From positions 1-64,000 of the forward strand of contig CDMY01000255.1 of assembly GCA_001179505.1 (NCBI GenBank): a stretch of 64,000 nt of DNA. The letters are read 5' to 3'. Source of the stretch: Vitrella brassicaformis CCMP3155 (taxonomy: Eukaryota > Protista > Chromerida). Of this stretch, positions 43,931-57,219 are shown piece by piece; positions within the stretch are counted from its first letter, which is position 1; each line of letters starts with the position of its first letter. The notes under the pieces were generated by a model. It was not told the origin of the DNA and ran no database searches. It saw only the letters and a list, made by a program, of their open reading frames with translations. The position numbers and the translations under genes are program-made.

Positions 43931-45860
43931 CAGGCGACTCTGGACAGCACCCAGCAGCCACTTGTGGCGGTCGGCCGGGCCGCTACCAGAGAGCGCCTGC
44001 AGGGAAGCGAGGGCGGACATGTCCGCTCCCCGGATCGCCGCATTGGCGGCAGCTGTGACGGCGTCTGTCTCCCCCTCCACCTTCGCCTTGAAGTGTCTGT
44101 CGTAGAGGTCGACAAAAAACGCCCCCGCCTCCTCGTAGATCGCTGCGTTGGCGTCGCTGCCGTCGGGGTGGTCCATATGAGGGGCAATCAGCAGGGCAGC
44201 CGACAGTGAGCAGACTGAGTAGGTGTCTGCGGCCGTGCTGAATGGCAGGCGGAGCGTGCTGCTGCTGCGGGTGGCGGTGCGGCTGATGACGGCCTTGATG
44301 GTGTCTGCGACCTTTCTGAGGGCATCAGGATCGGCGTGCGGGGCCGGCACTGGGGCGATGTCGACTTCACCTGGCGTCGGCGGCAGGGAGGGAAGCGGCT
44401 GCTCTGTCTCCGGCCGACGCCTCGCCATCTCAAAGTCAATCCACTGGCTGCCAAGGCGAGCGGCGTGCCACACGACCATGATGTTCTGGGGGTTGGCGTC
44501 GCCGTGTATCCACCCCGCCCCGTGGATGGCAGCCAGCGATGACAGCACAGAGACGACGAGCCCCGGTAGGCGTCGGGAGGCAGCTGCAGACGCTCGAGGG
44601 TCTGGCTGATCCGCTGCAGCCGATGTCTGGTGGCGGTGGGCTCGTACTGGTTGTGCTGCTTGCCGGCCCGGATGTGGAACAGGTCTTGGAGGGTGACGGC
44701 CCCGTCCCACACCTCCGCCGGCGTTGGCTTCCTCTCTATCTCCTGCCTCTCCTGCCCCTCATCGCCGCTCTCGGGGTCCACCGGCTCCTCTTCCAGCAAG
44801 TCGGGGCCCAGGACGTCGGCGTTCTCGGCCATGTACTCCCGCATGATCCTCTCTTGCTCCTCGACCTCCTGTCGGTACCGCTTGCACCACTCATCGACCT
44901 CGCCGTCGTCGGCCGCTGGTGCAGAGGCAGGCGTCTCGTGAGCCGCTGACGAAGCCGTTGGTGCCTCGGGTGGCGGCGACGGCGGTAGGCGGGGTGGCTG
45001 CTGCTCCTCCAATGCCACGCGATCGGCCTCACTCAGAAAAGCTGAACAGGTGGGGTGGGGGCACAACCAAGGCAGACAGATACACACAGGCACACGTGCG
45101 TTGCGTCCCTTCCTTGATGCCTTCCCTCCTTCTCCGTCATATGCAATGCAATGCATACCTGTATATTGCGATATGATCACGTAGCCCTCGATCTCCGCCT
45201 GTACGCGTCGGTTGGGCGTCCAGGGCCTCATCACACTGTCGTACCCGCCGTCGCGGTAGGCCTGCCAGTCCCCGTCCATGATGGCGACTGACCGCTGCGC
45301 ATCGCCGTGGACGAGGCCATGGGCAATCAACTCAGGGGTGACTGGGAGACCGCCCTCTCCCGTCACTCCCTTGATGGCCTCGTTGGCCTCCGCCTCCGCC
45401 CTCAGTCGCCCGCTGATCCGCGGCCTGATCGCCTCGTCCACGTGCCTGATGGCGTTGGGTAGCACTCCCTTCAGCATCACCCGACGGCCGTCACAGTGGC
45501 CCTCGATGAGGCAGTACTGGGCCTCTCTGTTGTTGTCTGGGAGCCGGACCATGTAGCGGCCAGCCGGGCGGAAAGCCGCCAGGCTGGCGCGCGACGCCTG
45601 TGACATGGCCGCGGGTGACGCTGTCTGGGCTGCTGCTACTGCCTGTGAGGGGAGGAGCGCCAGGGGCATCTGCGGCGAGCTGGCGGCAGACGGGGCAGCC
45701 AGGGGCATCAGCGGGGACGAGCCGTCCGACGCCTCACCTTGACCGGCAGCCGTTGATGATGGCGAGGGGCTGCCTGGCTCCTCCTGACGCACCCCTTGGC
45801 ATCGCTCAAACTCAAACAACCGACCTGACGATCGGAACCACCACACACAGCAAACAGGGC
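43930..45860 (-). pseudogene. Atypical protein kinase (copy K1), all motifs present but with a 1-nt frameshift near 44563
   Basis: RRVMLKGV (beta3 Lys), RLRAEAEAN (alphaC Glu), PELIAHG, EIEGYVIISQY (hinge), acidic/Pro insertion, IHGDANPQNIMV (catalytic loop), WIDFEMA (DFG-like); TACCGGGGCTCGTC here versus TACCGGCGGCTCGTC in K2. Confidence 0.75.
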
Positions 45861-45874
45861 AATGATCGGTCAGG

Positions 45875-46935
45875 TCAGACATCACCCACACGTCCCTCTG
45901 TCTGCCGTGTCCTTTGTGTGTGCCACGTCACCCACTCACCTTCTTCAACAGGTCCTACGCACTCCACCTCACGCACACCCTCATGCACTATGCCGTCCTG
46001 CCCGTCGACGGGTCTCCCCTCCTGACCCTCCCCCGCCTCCCTGTCACCCTCCTCCTCACCACCACCACTCTCCTCCTCGTCATCGGCCTCCTCTCCCTCC
46101 TCTCTCTCGTCCTCCTCGGTGGCCGGGTCGGGCCCCTGGTCGCCAGCTGCTGGCCGCAGCTGAGGCAGAATGGAAGGCGCGCCTGGTGTGGGCGGCTGGC
46201 GTCCGCCATACATAGGGAGCACGGCGCGCTGCATGCCGGCCCGGATGCGGAACACGTCGTCGAGGGTGACGGCCCCGTCCCACACCTCCGCCGGCGTTGG
46301 CTGCCTCTCTATCTGCTGCCTCTCCTGCCCCTCGTCGCCGCTCTCGGGGTCCACCGGCTCCTCTCACGCCGGGAAGGCAGGGACTTAAGCCAGTCGGGGC
46401 CCAGGAAGTCGGCGTACTCGGCCATTACCTCCTGCATGACCCTCTCGTACTCCTCGGCCTCCTGCTGGTGCCGCTTGCACCACTCATCGACCTCGCCATC
46501 GTCGGCCGCTGGTGCAGAGGCAGGCGTCTCGTGAGCCGCTGACGAAGCCGATGGGCCCTCGGGTGGCGGCAACGGCAGTAGGGGGGGTGGCTGCTGCTCC
46601 TCCAAGGCCACGCGATCGGCCTCACTCAGAAAAGCTGAACAGGTGGGGTGGGGGCACAACCAAGGCAGACAGATACACACAGGCACACGTGCGTTGCGTC
46701 CCTTCCTTGATGCCTTCCCTCCTTCTCCGTCATATGCAATGCAATGCAATGCAATGCATACCTATATATTGCGATATGATCACGTAGCCCTCTATCTCCG
46801 CCTCTATCCGTCGGTTGGGCATCCAGGGCCTCACACCTTGGTGTGTACAGCTTCCACGTACCGCATTGTCGTCCACGGAGGTAGCGCGCAGACAGTCGAT
46901 GTACGAGATATCGAAATATAAAATGTAGGCGGCGA
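45875..46935 (-). pseudogene. Partial kinase duplicate (copy K0): ILY cassette plus hinge exon plus acidic insertion, frameshifted
   Basis: Near-identical to 44690-45230 including the intron; AFLSEADRVALEEQQPP...DEWCKR; frame change near 46370. Confidence 0.7.
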
Positions 46936-47146
46936 TCATCAAACAATCTACCCTCACACACAGACTGATGAGATCTTCTTATGGGTTGTTTCGCGTGTCT
47001 CACTCCTTTCGCTGCGGTGTTCTTCTATGAACCTGGGCAACCATGGGGCAAAGCCGGGCTGGTCTTGCAGGTCCTGCAGCAGCATCCCCACCCTCTCCCT
47101 CGTTCACTGTCATCTCCCGCAGCTGGGGGCCCTTCTCGGTGAAATA

Positions 47147-48920
47147 CTAGCCGTGGTACGTCCCCCACTTGAGGCTGCGGTGCAGGTCGGCGGACACCCG
47201 GGACCCCAAGAACTCGTCCTTGGCCTCCTGGTGGTCGGCAGGCGTCAGGGGGGGCCTCGGATATCTCCACTGGTCGAGGATCCACAGCATGCCTTCCTCC
47301 TCCATGAGGACATCGACCAGCTTCTCGACCCGCATGACGTTGGCCATGGCCTGGCCCATGCCATACAGGGCGCTCGTCTCGTCCAGCCACACGCCCTTCT
47401 CTGTCTCGCTGCTGTCAGCAGCGTCCTCGCCCCCGAAACGATACCCTTCTGACGCAGGTCCTCCTCCACGCTGTTGGCGGCGTTGCGGATGTTGACATAC
47501 TTCCGCCGCCGCCAGCGGCCGTCTTCGTCGAGCAGCTGCATCTCCTCCGGGCACTCGTCGTCGTATAGGTCGTATAGGTCGTTGTGCTCGTCCTCTTCTG
47601 GCTTTCTGCCTTAGCCCAGCGCCTCCTCAAGCTTCTTCTCGTATTGGAAGTCGTTGAGGCATCTGGCGGTGTCGAACCACTTCTCGCCGGTGTGGTCCTC
47701 CTCGAGGGAGTGGAAGAAGGCGAGGTACAGCTCGGGGGACGAGTGGCAGATGCTGCTGGTGATGGGCTGGTTCTGGGCCCTCCGTGCGGCCGTAGAGAAA
47801 GGGACGAAGGCGCTTGGGAGGGGGTGGGTGGGGTGATGGGAGAGGGCGGCCGAGCTGGTGAGGTCTATCAGCTTGGCACCTTCGGGCGCCAGTGGCTCAC
47901 TGGAGGGCAGCTGCAGGCTGCCTGGCACCTCGAGCCTCTCCAGGAAGCACTTCTTTAAGAAGACATCCTTGGAGAAATTGTCCAAGGTCAGCACGCCAAG
48001 CTGCACCGCCACGCGATTGCACCTCCTGTACAGCCGCAAGCCGAGGACGAGGCTCTGCAGCTTCTTGCGGATGTCCTCGGGGTCCTTCTCGGCCTCGTTC
48101 TCCTTCAGCTGAGCCAGCTTGCTGAAGCTGTGCTCCTTCAAGAAGTCGTCGACCGGCTGCCACTCCTTGCATGACACAGAAAAGAGAGACACGGAGAGGT
48201 CCATGTGTGCATGAATCGTGTATTGGTCTGCATGCATCGCTCCCTCACCTGGCAACAGCTGTAGAGCAATGATCAGACACTCCTCCTCACTCACGTGGCC
48301 GTCCTGGTGCTCGATGACGAGCGTGGCGGGGCTGCTGGGGTCGGTATGGCAGTGGGGCTCGTATATGCCGACGAGGGGCGACTTGCCCAGCACCGACCTC
48401 AGCCGGTCCCTCTTGATCTCGGCCTCCTTGATCAGCCGCTCCCTCCTGTCCGCGTGGTTGTAAGGCAGGACAAACAGCTTCAGCGCTGACGATCTGGCGC
48501 CGCCGGGTGCAGATTTGGATGGAGTAAGTGCATCGCAGCCGTATAAGTCCACACATATAAGACGAGAGACGGCGATCTATCTGCACACACAGACACGAGA
48601 CACAACGCACACGGGAGTTGATCACTATAGTGTATTTCGACAGCTCACATTCGATGTGCGAATGGCCAGACAGCGGTGCGATGCGGTGAAAAGGCGTCAT
48701 CGGTCGATCAAAATATAAAATGTAGCCAGCGATCTGCACACCACCCGAAAGCACAGACACGAACAGGAAATGCACCTGACTGATTTCTGTTCGTTCTGTG
48801 TATAGGATCTTTCATACCGCCGTGGACAATGATACCCTCCGATGGGCCATGAAGGGCCTCGCTGAGCTGTAGGATTGAGCACAAGATTGCCAAGACAAAG
48901 AGTATGATGGACGGATGCAC
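47147..48920 (-). pseudogene. Pseudokinase-like gene with an upstream signal-peptide exon; in-frame stop at 47611 and a later frameshift
   Basis: MHPSIILFVLAILCSILQLSEA at 48920; N-lobe ALKLF...KEAEI...LVGIYE...TLVIEHQDG; catalytic-loop position AVQLGVLTLDNF (no HxD); AKLIDLTSS (IDFG-like); the frame continues past the TAA as GRKPEEDEHNDLY. Confidence 0.55.
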
Positions 48921-49329
48921 TCTTTACAAGCGCTCCTGCATCTGCTGCTGCCCGGGCACATAGGGCAGGTGGACCTGCTGGTGGGGGAACGGGTTGCGAA
49001 TACGAGTGGGCAGCAGACCGTCGCAGCCGGCCATCTGGGGTCCGATAGTGTAGCTGGTGGCTGTCGGCTTGTGCTGCTGCCTTCGGGGACGTTGTGCTCC
49101 TCTGCTGAGGCCATGATGCTGTTATACACGTGACTGAATGCGTCGTCCACGCCGCCCTTCCTCAAGCGCATGCAGGCCGGCGTGCTTTCCATGATGGGCA
49201 TGCCGCTGCAGATGCGGCGTCGTCTCAGTGGACTGCTCGGTGCTGGTGTGCATGGTGCGGCCGTGGTGGGGCGGCGGAGAGTGCGATCGGCTGACGGGGT
49301 CGGTGGACTGGAAGGATGCGGTGAAGTTA

Positions 49330-50860
49330 CTGGGCCGGCGAGGCCGGGAGAGAGGGAGAGAGGGCAAGAGGGCGGGAGGGCGAGAGGGAGGGGTGGCGAG
49401 GCTGCTGCGGGTAGGGAGCAGACTTCTCATGCTGGGTCGCGGCAGCTGACGCAGGGGGTTCGCCTTTCCCTGGTCCCTCTTGAGACTCCTTGACACGTCC
49501 GTTCTGGCCTGACGGTGGAGAGGCGGCGCCCTCTGCCATTGCCTAGAGAACACAGCACAGCGCAGCACAGCACAGCACAGCAGAGAGCCTCAAGTGTTGT
49601 GTAACTGGATTGATGTGCGCATGATGTAGACACGTACCTTCTCCAAATCGTCTTCGTACTTGTTGATCATTATCTTCATATCCCTCCCCTCCACCATCCC
49701 CTGGACCGACTCCAGGAAGGCCTTGTACTCCTGCAGTGAGTGAGCAGGCAAAAATACTGTTAATGGTCTGCCTGCCAGTGTGCCGGTGTGCCTCCCGTCC
49801 CTTGCTCACCGCAGGGTGCTCGCGCGACATGCGCAGGAACTTCAGCACTTGGGCCTCCCTGGAGTCGGCGTTGACGTCGGGGACGTCAATCCCTCTAGAC
49901 ATGAGGGTCTGCCTCATGGCACTGCATACATGCATACAGGCAGGCAGGCAGGTTGGTGTTGTGTTGTGTTGTATTGTGTTGTGTTGTGTTGTATTGTGTT
50001 GTGTGTGTGTGCGTGGTATGCATGCCATTGTGGCGTTGAGGAACGGTTTGGCCGCACCCTTGGGCGGCTTCTTGCCCTTGTTGTCTGCACACATGGATCC
50101 ATCGATAGAATCCATGTCATGTATGCATCCACGCATGCGAGTCTATCCACGCATACCTACCGTTGATGGCGTCGATGTTGATACGGCTGAAGCGAAAACG
50201 ACGGCTGCCGTGCGCCTGGGACTGCGATGCGCTCGAAGAGACACCAACGCTAACCTGACCAGAACAGACCAAGCCGCGGCAGTTGTATGGAGGAATGTGG
50301 CACTCACAACTGGACGTGTGAATCTGCGTGCCTCTTGCTGACCTCAGGCACTGCACACTCGGGCGAAGCACCATCGGAATCGCAATCGTTGATGTCTGGC
50401 GTGTGTGATGGGCGTGGCGGTGTGTGTACTTACCGTTAGGTACGGTGGACTGAGCGGCAGCTGCTGGTGCATCAATCCACCCAGTGCAACCACACACACA
50501 CAACACACATGCATAGACCAGGATGTCTGCCCGTGTCTATTCGCTCGTCGATGAGTAGCCACTTACGCGTGGCCTGGTCCACGTCCACACTGCCCGACGT
50601 CTGGGGTACCTGCAAAAAAAACAAAACATACACACACACAACACGTGTTTCCTCGTGTGTGTGTGCATCTTCCCCCGTTCACCTCTTCAGTATTCTCCTG
50701 CTGGTTGCTGTGAGGCTCCTGTTCGTACTCCGGGTTGGCCTGGTGAGCATCTGAGGCGTCCTGCGTGTACTGGTCAGTGGCGGCCGGAACGTTCCTGCCC
50801 ATGTTGCCCGCATCGACGTTGGTGAGGAAACTCATCTGCAAGAGCATGAAGCCATCCATG
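49330..50860 (-). CDS. Hypothetical multi-exon gene or pseudogene containing the MRQTLMSR module
   Basis: Exons AMRQTLMSRGIDVPDVNADSREAQVLKFLRMSREHPA and EYKAFLESVQGMVEGRDMKIMINKYEDDLEK with clean introns; duplicated at 57220-57500. Confidence 0.45.
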
Positions 50861-52143
50861 CAGCATGCTCTTCCCGACGTGCGTTGTTGCTGGCTTATGG
50901 CTTACGTTGGGGAGCGAGCGGGACTTGGCCAGCATGGTTGTGGTGGACGCCATCTCTATCGTCACGAACGGCCCGCGCTGAGCAGCAACGAAGACATGCA
51001 GCCAGAGAGACATGACGTCCCGCTTTCTCTCCTCCACCCTCCACCCTCCTCCCTCCCCCACCCGCCCTTCCTACCATCTCCTGAGCAGACTTGATGAGGA
51101 ACTCGCTAGCCTCGTCCTCAGCTCGCTACCCTCGCGGGTCCGCCGAGCCGCTCGACAAGTGGCCTTTGGGGCCTCCCTGCTACTGAAAGTCGACCCTTTC
51201 AGCATCCGCGCGGAGACATAGAAGGAATCGACGCCAAAATATAAAATGAAGGCAGCAATTGGTCGCCTAAGACAGAGACACAGATACCCGCACACAGAAA
51301 CAACATAAGTCACGGACATCACATACAGGGGGGTCGTGTGTCGATTGCGATGAATGTGTGATGGCCGGCCGACTGACCGAGGACTGACCGAGATTGGATT
51401 GGGGGTGGTGGCGAGGAGGGGTTCGTATGCGCTGTGGACGACGACGCCAACACGCTGCTCCTGGAGGTTACGTGAGGAGACGTTGCTTGCTTCTCACACG
51501 TGACCAGAAACCGCCTGCACACACAGAGACAAACCATTCATCAAAGGACGCATGTACACATGTGACGCGTGTGTGTGTCTCTCACCTGTCTGTAAGGTAG
51601 GCATGTGCAGGGGATCGATGGATGACAAGTATGTGGGTGGGGGGTGGGTCGGTGATGGAACGAAAAAAAAAAACTCAGTCAGTTGGTGTGCAGTGCACGC
51701 ATGGCATGGACCCCCCAACTCAGACAGCCAGCCAGCCAGCCACATAGACAGACAGAAAATAGACGGACGTGCAGACGGACGATCGATAACATAACTGACG
51801 CGAACAGACGGGCATCCAATCCACACAAACAGACAGACGTGACACCAGCACCACACTCATGACATGACATGACATGACATGACATGACATACACGAGCAC
51901 GTCCATCCACGCACACGGCCGCTCGCCCTCCCGACCCTGTTTTGCTTTTTGTTTTTTCTTTTGTTTTGGCTTTTCTGTTTTTTCTTTTGTTTTGGCCTTT
52001 CTGCTTTTTTTGTTTGGCTTTTGTCCCCCTCGATGGCTGCTCTCTCCCTCTCCTCCTCTCTCCTCTCTGCTGGCCCTCTCTCGCCATCGCCCCACCTCGA
52101 CAACAGTGGTGCTAACTTAGGCAAACACGCACATGCACTACGT

Positions 52144-53630
52144 CTCTGCTACGCCTCTTCCTCTTCTCCCATCCCGCACGTCAGTGGCATGGGTGGGCGT
52201 CAGGTGCGGCCAGCCCGGGCGGCGCCGCGAAGTGAGTAGCGCCCCTCTTGTATCCCCTCCGTGTCCTTGATCTCACTCCGCAGCCGCGACCTCTTGTCGC
52301 TGGGGCCCTCCTGCTGGTGTGGGTGGTCGCCGTGGGGGTCAGCGTCGCCCCTCTTGCCTTCCTGGCTGCCGCCGGCGCCCATGCCCGCCTTGCCCGCTCC
52401 CGCCGCTGCCTTGGCCTTGGCTTTGGCCCTCGCGCGCTTCTGGCACCGCTCGTCGCTGTCCGTGTGGGCGAGGTTTGGGGACGATGGCGTGAGGGGAGGG
52501 GGTGGTCGTCATCGTCCACAGCCATGGCGTTGTCGAAGCGGTTCAGCTGGTGCGCCGGACGCTTGGCGACCTCCATCGCCTGGTTGGCCTCCCGCGACGC
52601 CGTCTCGAAGATGACGATGGCACCCTGAACGAATCAGTCACGGACATCACCAACAAAGATGGTGGGGAAAACATGAACACATGGATGTGTGCGCGCGTTG
52701 AGTGTCTCTGTTGTCCTTACCGAGAGGTAGTGGTCGAGTCCGTGGACGTAGGCCTCTCCCGCTGCTGTGATGCGGGCAGCCAACTCGTGGCTGTTGATGA
52801 GGCGGTGGCGGCTGCGGCTGCGAATCGAGTTGACATCGGCCCAGTAGCCCCGCTCCAACGGCACTGCGGGCACCCAGTGGGGGAAGGAGTGGTCGTCGCA
52901 GCTCCACTCATCGTGTACACACTCGCATGCGGACCTTGTGTGTCAATCGGGGGCTCAGAGGGCCACTACCGTACAGGATCGACAGAGAGGGGAGTAAGAC
53001 ATATAGATCAGGGTTCCTGAGAGACACAACAGACACACAAAGGCCACATAAACAAGGCTCTTCCTTCTGTCTGTTTGCTGGTTGCTCACCAGGTGTGTCG
53101 GTCGGGCGGTCAGATGAACGCATTATGTATTTGGACGACTCGGCGAGGGCAACTGAATGGATGGCAGACGGCAGACACATGATGCACTCTCGTCTCTCTG
53201 TGTATCGTGCGTGTCATCAAGTGCGATGCCCACCTGATGCGTCGACAGCACGAGACGGTGACACACTCATCGGTGTCGGACGGTGGGTGGCATGTATGGC
53301 GTAGTTGGCGGGCCCCCTCGCAATGGATTTCAGACGCACTCGGTGAGTGCGCTCTGGCGATCAAGCGGCTGTACGAGTCGTCGCGCGATGCTGCCTTCCT
53401 GGTGAGCTGCTCAGAGCATGTCGGTGTGCCGTGGAGACCCACGTCAACACCGCGTTTCCATCATGCCGGGCATCGACACCCTGACACACACCACACAGAG
53501 AGAGAGGGTTGGTGGGTGTGCGGCAGAGAGAGGGGGCTGAGGGTGTGCGAGAGATGGTACCTTACCTTGCGCCGGATCGCACTGAGAGGAGTAGCATGCA
53601 GGCGGCTGACAGACAGCAGACCTGCATGAG
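52144..53630 (-). CDS. Hypothetical multi-exon protein; bounds approximate
   Basis: Spliceable exons ...HSFPHWVPAVPLERGYWADVNSIRSRSRHRLINSHELAARITAAGEAYVHGLDHYLS|GAIVIFETASREANQAMEVAKRPAHQLNRFDNAMAVDDDD... Confidence 0.4.
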
Positions 53631-54487
53631 ATGAGCATAAACAACACACATGGAGGGATTCAGCATGCTAAATGCTGTTCATTGGTGAGTGCCGTGTGTC
53701 TGACCTGCTGGCTGCCTGCAGTGGATGAGTGGTGGTCCTCTCTCTCTCCCTCTGTCGACTTCTGTTCTCTCCCCTTCATGTCCCCTCTTCCCCCCGGCAC
53801 ACGCAGTCTCTCTTCCTCAGGTTGGCTGCCAGCCCAAAAGCACCCGGGCACCCAGGCACCCTTGATGGAAATGACGACAGAAATGACAATGACAATAACT
53901 AAAGGACGCACGAACGAACTCAAAGGGGCAGACAGGCGGCAGGAAGGCGGACAGGCGAACGCAAAATGCACCAATCATGTCATGGAGCAGCACAGCCAGG
54001 CCATGGATGGGGAAAAGGGGACATTCATGCAGCCATCACAAAGCTTTTCGGAGAGCACCATACCATGGCCAGAAAGCCGGCCATGGCCTCTCCCTTTTCT
54101 TGTCTTTTTTTGCGGCAGCCATGCCATGACCTCTATGCATCCAAGGGAGTGACCCTCCGCCTTCTCGCTCCACCCACAAAACTCACCATTGCATTGCAGC
54201 CACCCAGCCAGGCACCCCGGTCGTCAGCCAGGCACAAGATACCCCAGATACCCCCCCACTGCACAAGAACAAAACCTCAGCCCCACACATACCAGCCGCT
54301 GCTGCCGGTGGCGGACTGTGTGTGTGGGAGGTCTGCTGGGGGCGAGGTGGGGCGAAGGACTATCTCGTCAACACGACTGATGGAACACAAGAGGCAGAAA
54401 GCATCTGGTTTGTATGTGCTGGACGCCTCACTTGTCTTTGTGTGTATCTGTGTGCGTTTGGCTGACCTCTAGGCACGACTGAAATGA

Positions 54488-54935
54488 CTATGCGAACCTC
54501 TTCGGCCACGACCACGCAGCGTCACCCGATGGTTGGAGCCGATGGTTGCAGCAGACGGAGAAGGGGTTGAGGAAGGATCCCCAGAGCCCCTTCTTGCCCG
54601 CCTGCTTGGCCTTGCTCCCCCGCTTCTGCTTGCCCTCGGTGCTGGTGTGGGTGGTCTTCGTCTTGGTGGTGGCACCGTCCCTGGGCAGCTCGTACTTGGC
54701 CGCGATGAAGGCCGCGACTGCGGCATCGATGCCCAGGTCATGCTCGTCCACCGCCCGCTCCTTCGGCTGCTCGCCACGCCGCCTGCTGATGGCCTCCTCC
54801 CTCTTCTTGTGCCACGCCTCGTTGGCCGCCTTGAGGGTCATCCAGGCCTCGTACGAGTCCTCGCTCGTCCGATCGTCGATGCCCTCCTGGAGTTTCTGGA
54901 TTCTGCGGCGGTAGGCCTCGATGATCTCATGCAAG
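54488..54935 (-). CDS. Hypothetical terminal exon (helical, charged)
   Basis: HEIIEAYRRRIQKLQEGIDDRTSEDSYEAWMTLKAANEAWHKKREEAISRRRGEQPKERAVDEHDLGIDAAVAAFIAAKYELP; protein-like composition and codon usage. Confidence 0.45.
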
Positions 54936-55969
54936 TGCGAATTGTGATGCACACACACATTGGAAGAGAGGCGGCATGAGAGGAATGCAAAGCGGGTGGT
55001 GCCTTCCTTCCTCCCCGACCTGCCTCGGCCAAAAGGTCCTCCGCCTTCCTCTGACGCACCATACATACACAATGCCCTTCTCAGTCTCACCAAAACAAGG
55101 GCGTGGTGTGTATACAAATGAACGTGTGCATCAGACACACCTGGTCTGGTCGTGGGGGCCTTCCCTTGCTCCATGAGCCAACAGTCGTCCTGCAGCTAGG
55201 CCAAAATATGCTCTCAGTGGCCGCCGGAGCGGCCAAGTATGCGAAGAAAAAAGAGAAGAGAAGAGGGGAGACATGAGCAAATCTGTCTGAGAGCCTCTTT
55301 CACCTACGTACCTGCGGCGCCGCCGGGGATATCAAAGCGAATTATAACAGCCAATCTTGAATGAAGTACGTAGGAGAGGCCCACCGATGTAAGGTGTAAG
55401 CGGCGATCGCTCTGCACACACAGACACGAGACGCGTGCAGGTCGATCAGTCTGCTTTGACAGCTCACATTCAATGCGCACACGGCTGGGAAGGCAGTGCG
55501 GTAGAGGGTCGTCATCAGTCGATCAGATATAAAATGTAGCCAGCGATCTGCGCACCAGCAACAAATACATACACACCGTACCGGGTCCTGGTCCTTCTCA
55601 CGCTGCCCACACACAAGACGGGCAAGGTGTGCTTGTCTCTCCTTCTTCTCTCGCCTCGCGCACCTCTTCGGTCGAGCGCTGCGCCAACTGCAGACTCTCG
55701 GGTCTCGGTGAAGTTGCTTTCGGCCTGAATCAGCCACACAGAGAGCACAACACACTATCTTCCTCCAAGTCATATTGTGCACGCAGGTCAATGAGTTCGA
55801 TCACTTGGCTCACCGTCACGGTGCAATTGAGGTGCTTATGGGGCTTGTCCCACTTCAACGCGCCACTGACGTATTGACCCGGCCTCTTCACACACACACA
55901 CACACTGTGCTTCTCTGCGTACTTGCGTGTGTGTGTGTGTGTGTATGTGCATCTGTGAGCGCGTCCATC

Positions 55970-56385
55970 TCCCCCTCCACCTTGGCAGCGACGTGTCTGT
56001 CGTAGAGCGCCCGGCCGTCACTGCTCTCGATAAAGAAGGCCCCCGCCTCCCCGTAGATCTCTGTGTTGGCGCTGCTGCCGTCGGGGTGGTCCATATGAGG
56101 GGCGATCAGCAGGGCAGCCGACAGTGAGCAGACGGGGCACGTGTCTGCGGCCTCGCTGAATGGCAGGCGGAGGGCGGGGGTTGGCGCCACGGTCGTGCTG
56201 CTGGTGGTGGCGTGCGGCTGATGACGGCCTCGATGGTGGCTGCGACCTTTCTGAGGGCAGCAGGGTCGGCGTGCGGGCCCGGCACTGGGGCGGGGTCGAC
56301 GTCACGTAGCGTCGACGGCAGGGAGGGAAGCGGCTGCTGTGTCTCCGACCGGCGCCTCGCCATCTCAAAGTCAATCCAGTGGTCT
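55970..56385 (-). pseudogene. Kinase C-lobe fragment (copy K3), paralogous to 43210-43590
   Basis: HWIDFEMARRRSETQQPLPSLP...LRLPFSEAADTCPVCSLSAALLIAPHMDHPDGSSANTEIYGEAGAFF; frameshifted. Confidence 0.75.
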
Positions 56386-56569
56386 CTACTCGATATGCGC
56401 GCGACCACACCATCATTGCTTGGCCAACATGCGTCTCTCGGTGGCGGCCGAAGCCGCCAAAGATGCGTCAACAGACAAGAAGGGACACGATCATGAAGTG
56501 CCTTCATCGTCTTCCTTTCTCCCTCACTTACGTACCTGGCGGGCCGCCGGGCGCAGATTTGGATGGAGT

Positions 56570-56850
56570 AGGTGCATCGCAGCCGTATAAGTCCACAAAT
56601 ATAAGACGAGAGACGGCGATCTATCTGCACACACAGACACGAGACACGCACACGGGAGTTGATCACTATGGTGTATGTCGACAACTTACATCCGATGTGC
56701 GAATGGCCAGACAGCGGTGCGGTCCAAAGGCGTCATCGGTCGATCAAAATATAAAATGTAGCCAGCGATCTGCACACCACCCGAAAGCACCGACACGTGT
56801 TAACAGAAATCCACCTGACTGATTTCTGTTCCTTCTATGTATAGGATCTT
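56570..56850. repeat. Near-identical duplicate of 48530-48840 (MKDPIHR exon, ILY cassette, intron)
   Basis: Long shared strings, e.g. GCCGTATAAGTCCACA..ATAAGACGAGAGACGGCGATCTATCTGCACACACAGACACGAGACAC. Confidence 0.85.
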
Positions 56851-57219
56851 TCATACCTGATACCCTCCGGCCCTCCCCGCCTCCACGCAGCAGCACCCCT
56901 CCTCCGGTGGCGTCCAGGTCACCACCCACACACCGGCCCTCCGCTGCCAGTGGGCCAGGTCCCACTGGGTGAGGGCGCTGGCATAGTAGCCATCGGCGCC
57001 CTCACCCCACTCCCCAGCCCTCACGAGCACCTTCTTGGTGGTGCCGGCAGGCTGCTGCTGGTGCTGGTTCTGGTCGTCGGTGGAGGTCTTGGCAGCTTGC
57101 TTCCTTCTGCAGAACGGCGGATTGACCAAAGAGCACAGCACAGCAGAGCAGAGAGCATCAGTTAATTAATTGCGTCTTGTGTGCAGATGGATGTGTGTGC
57201 GATGTACGTACGTACCTGC

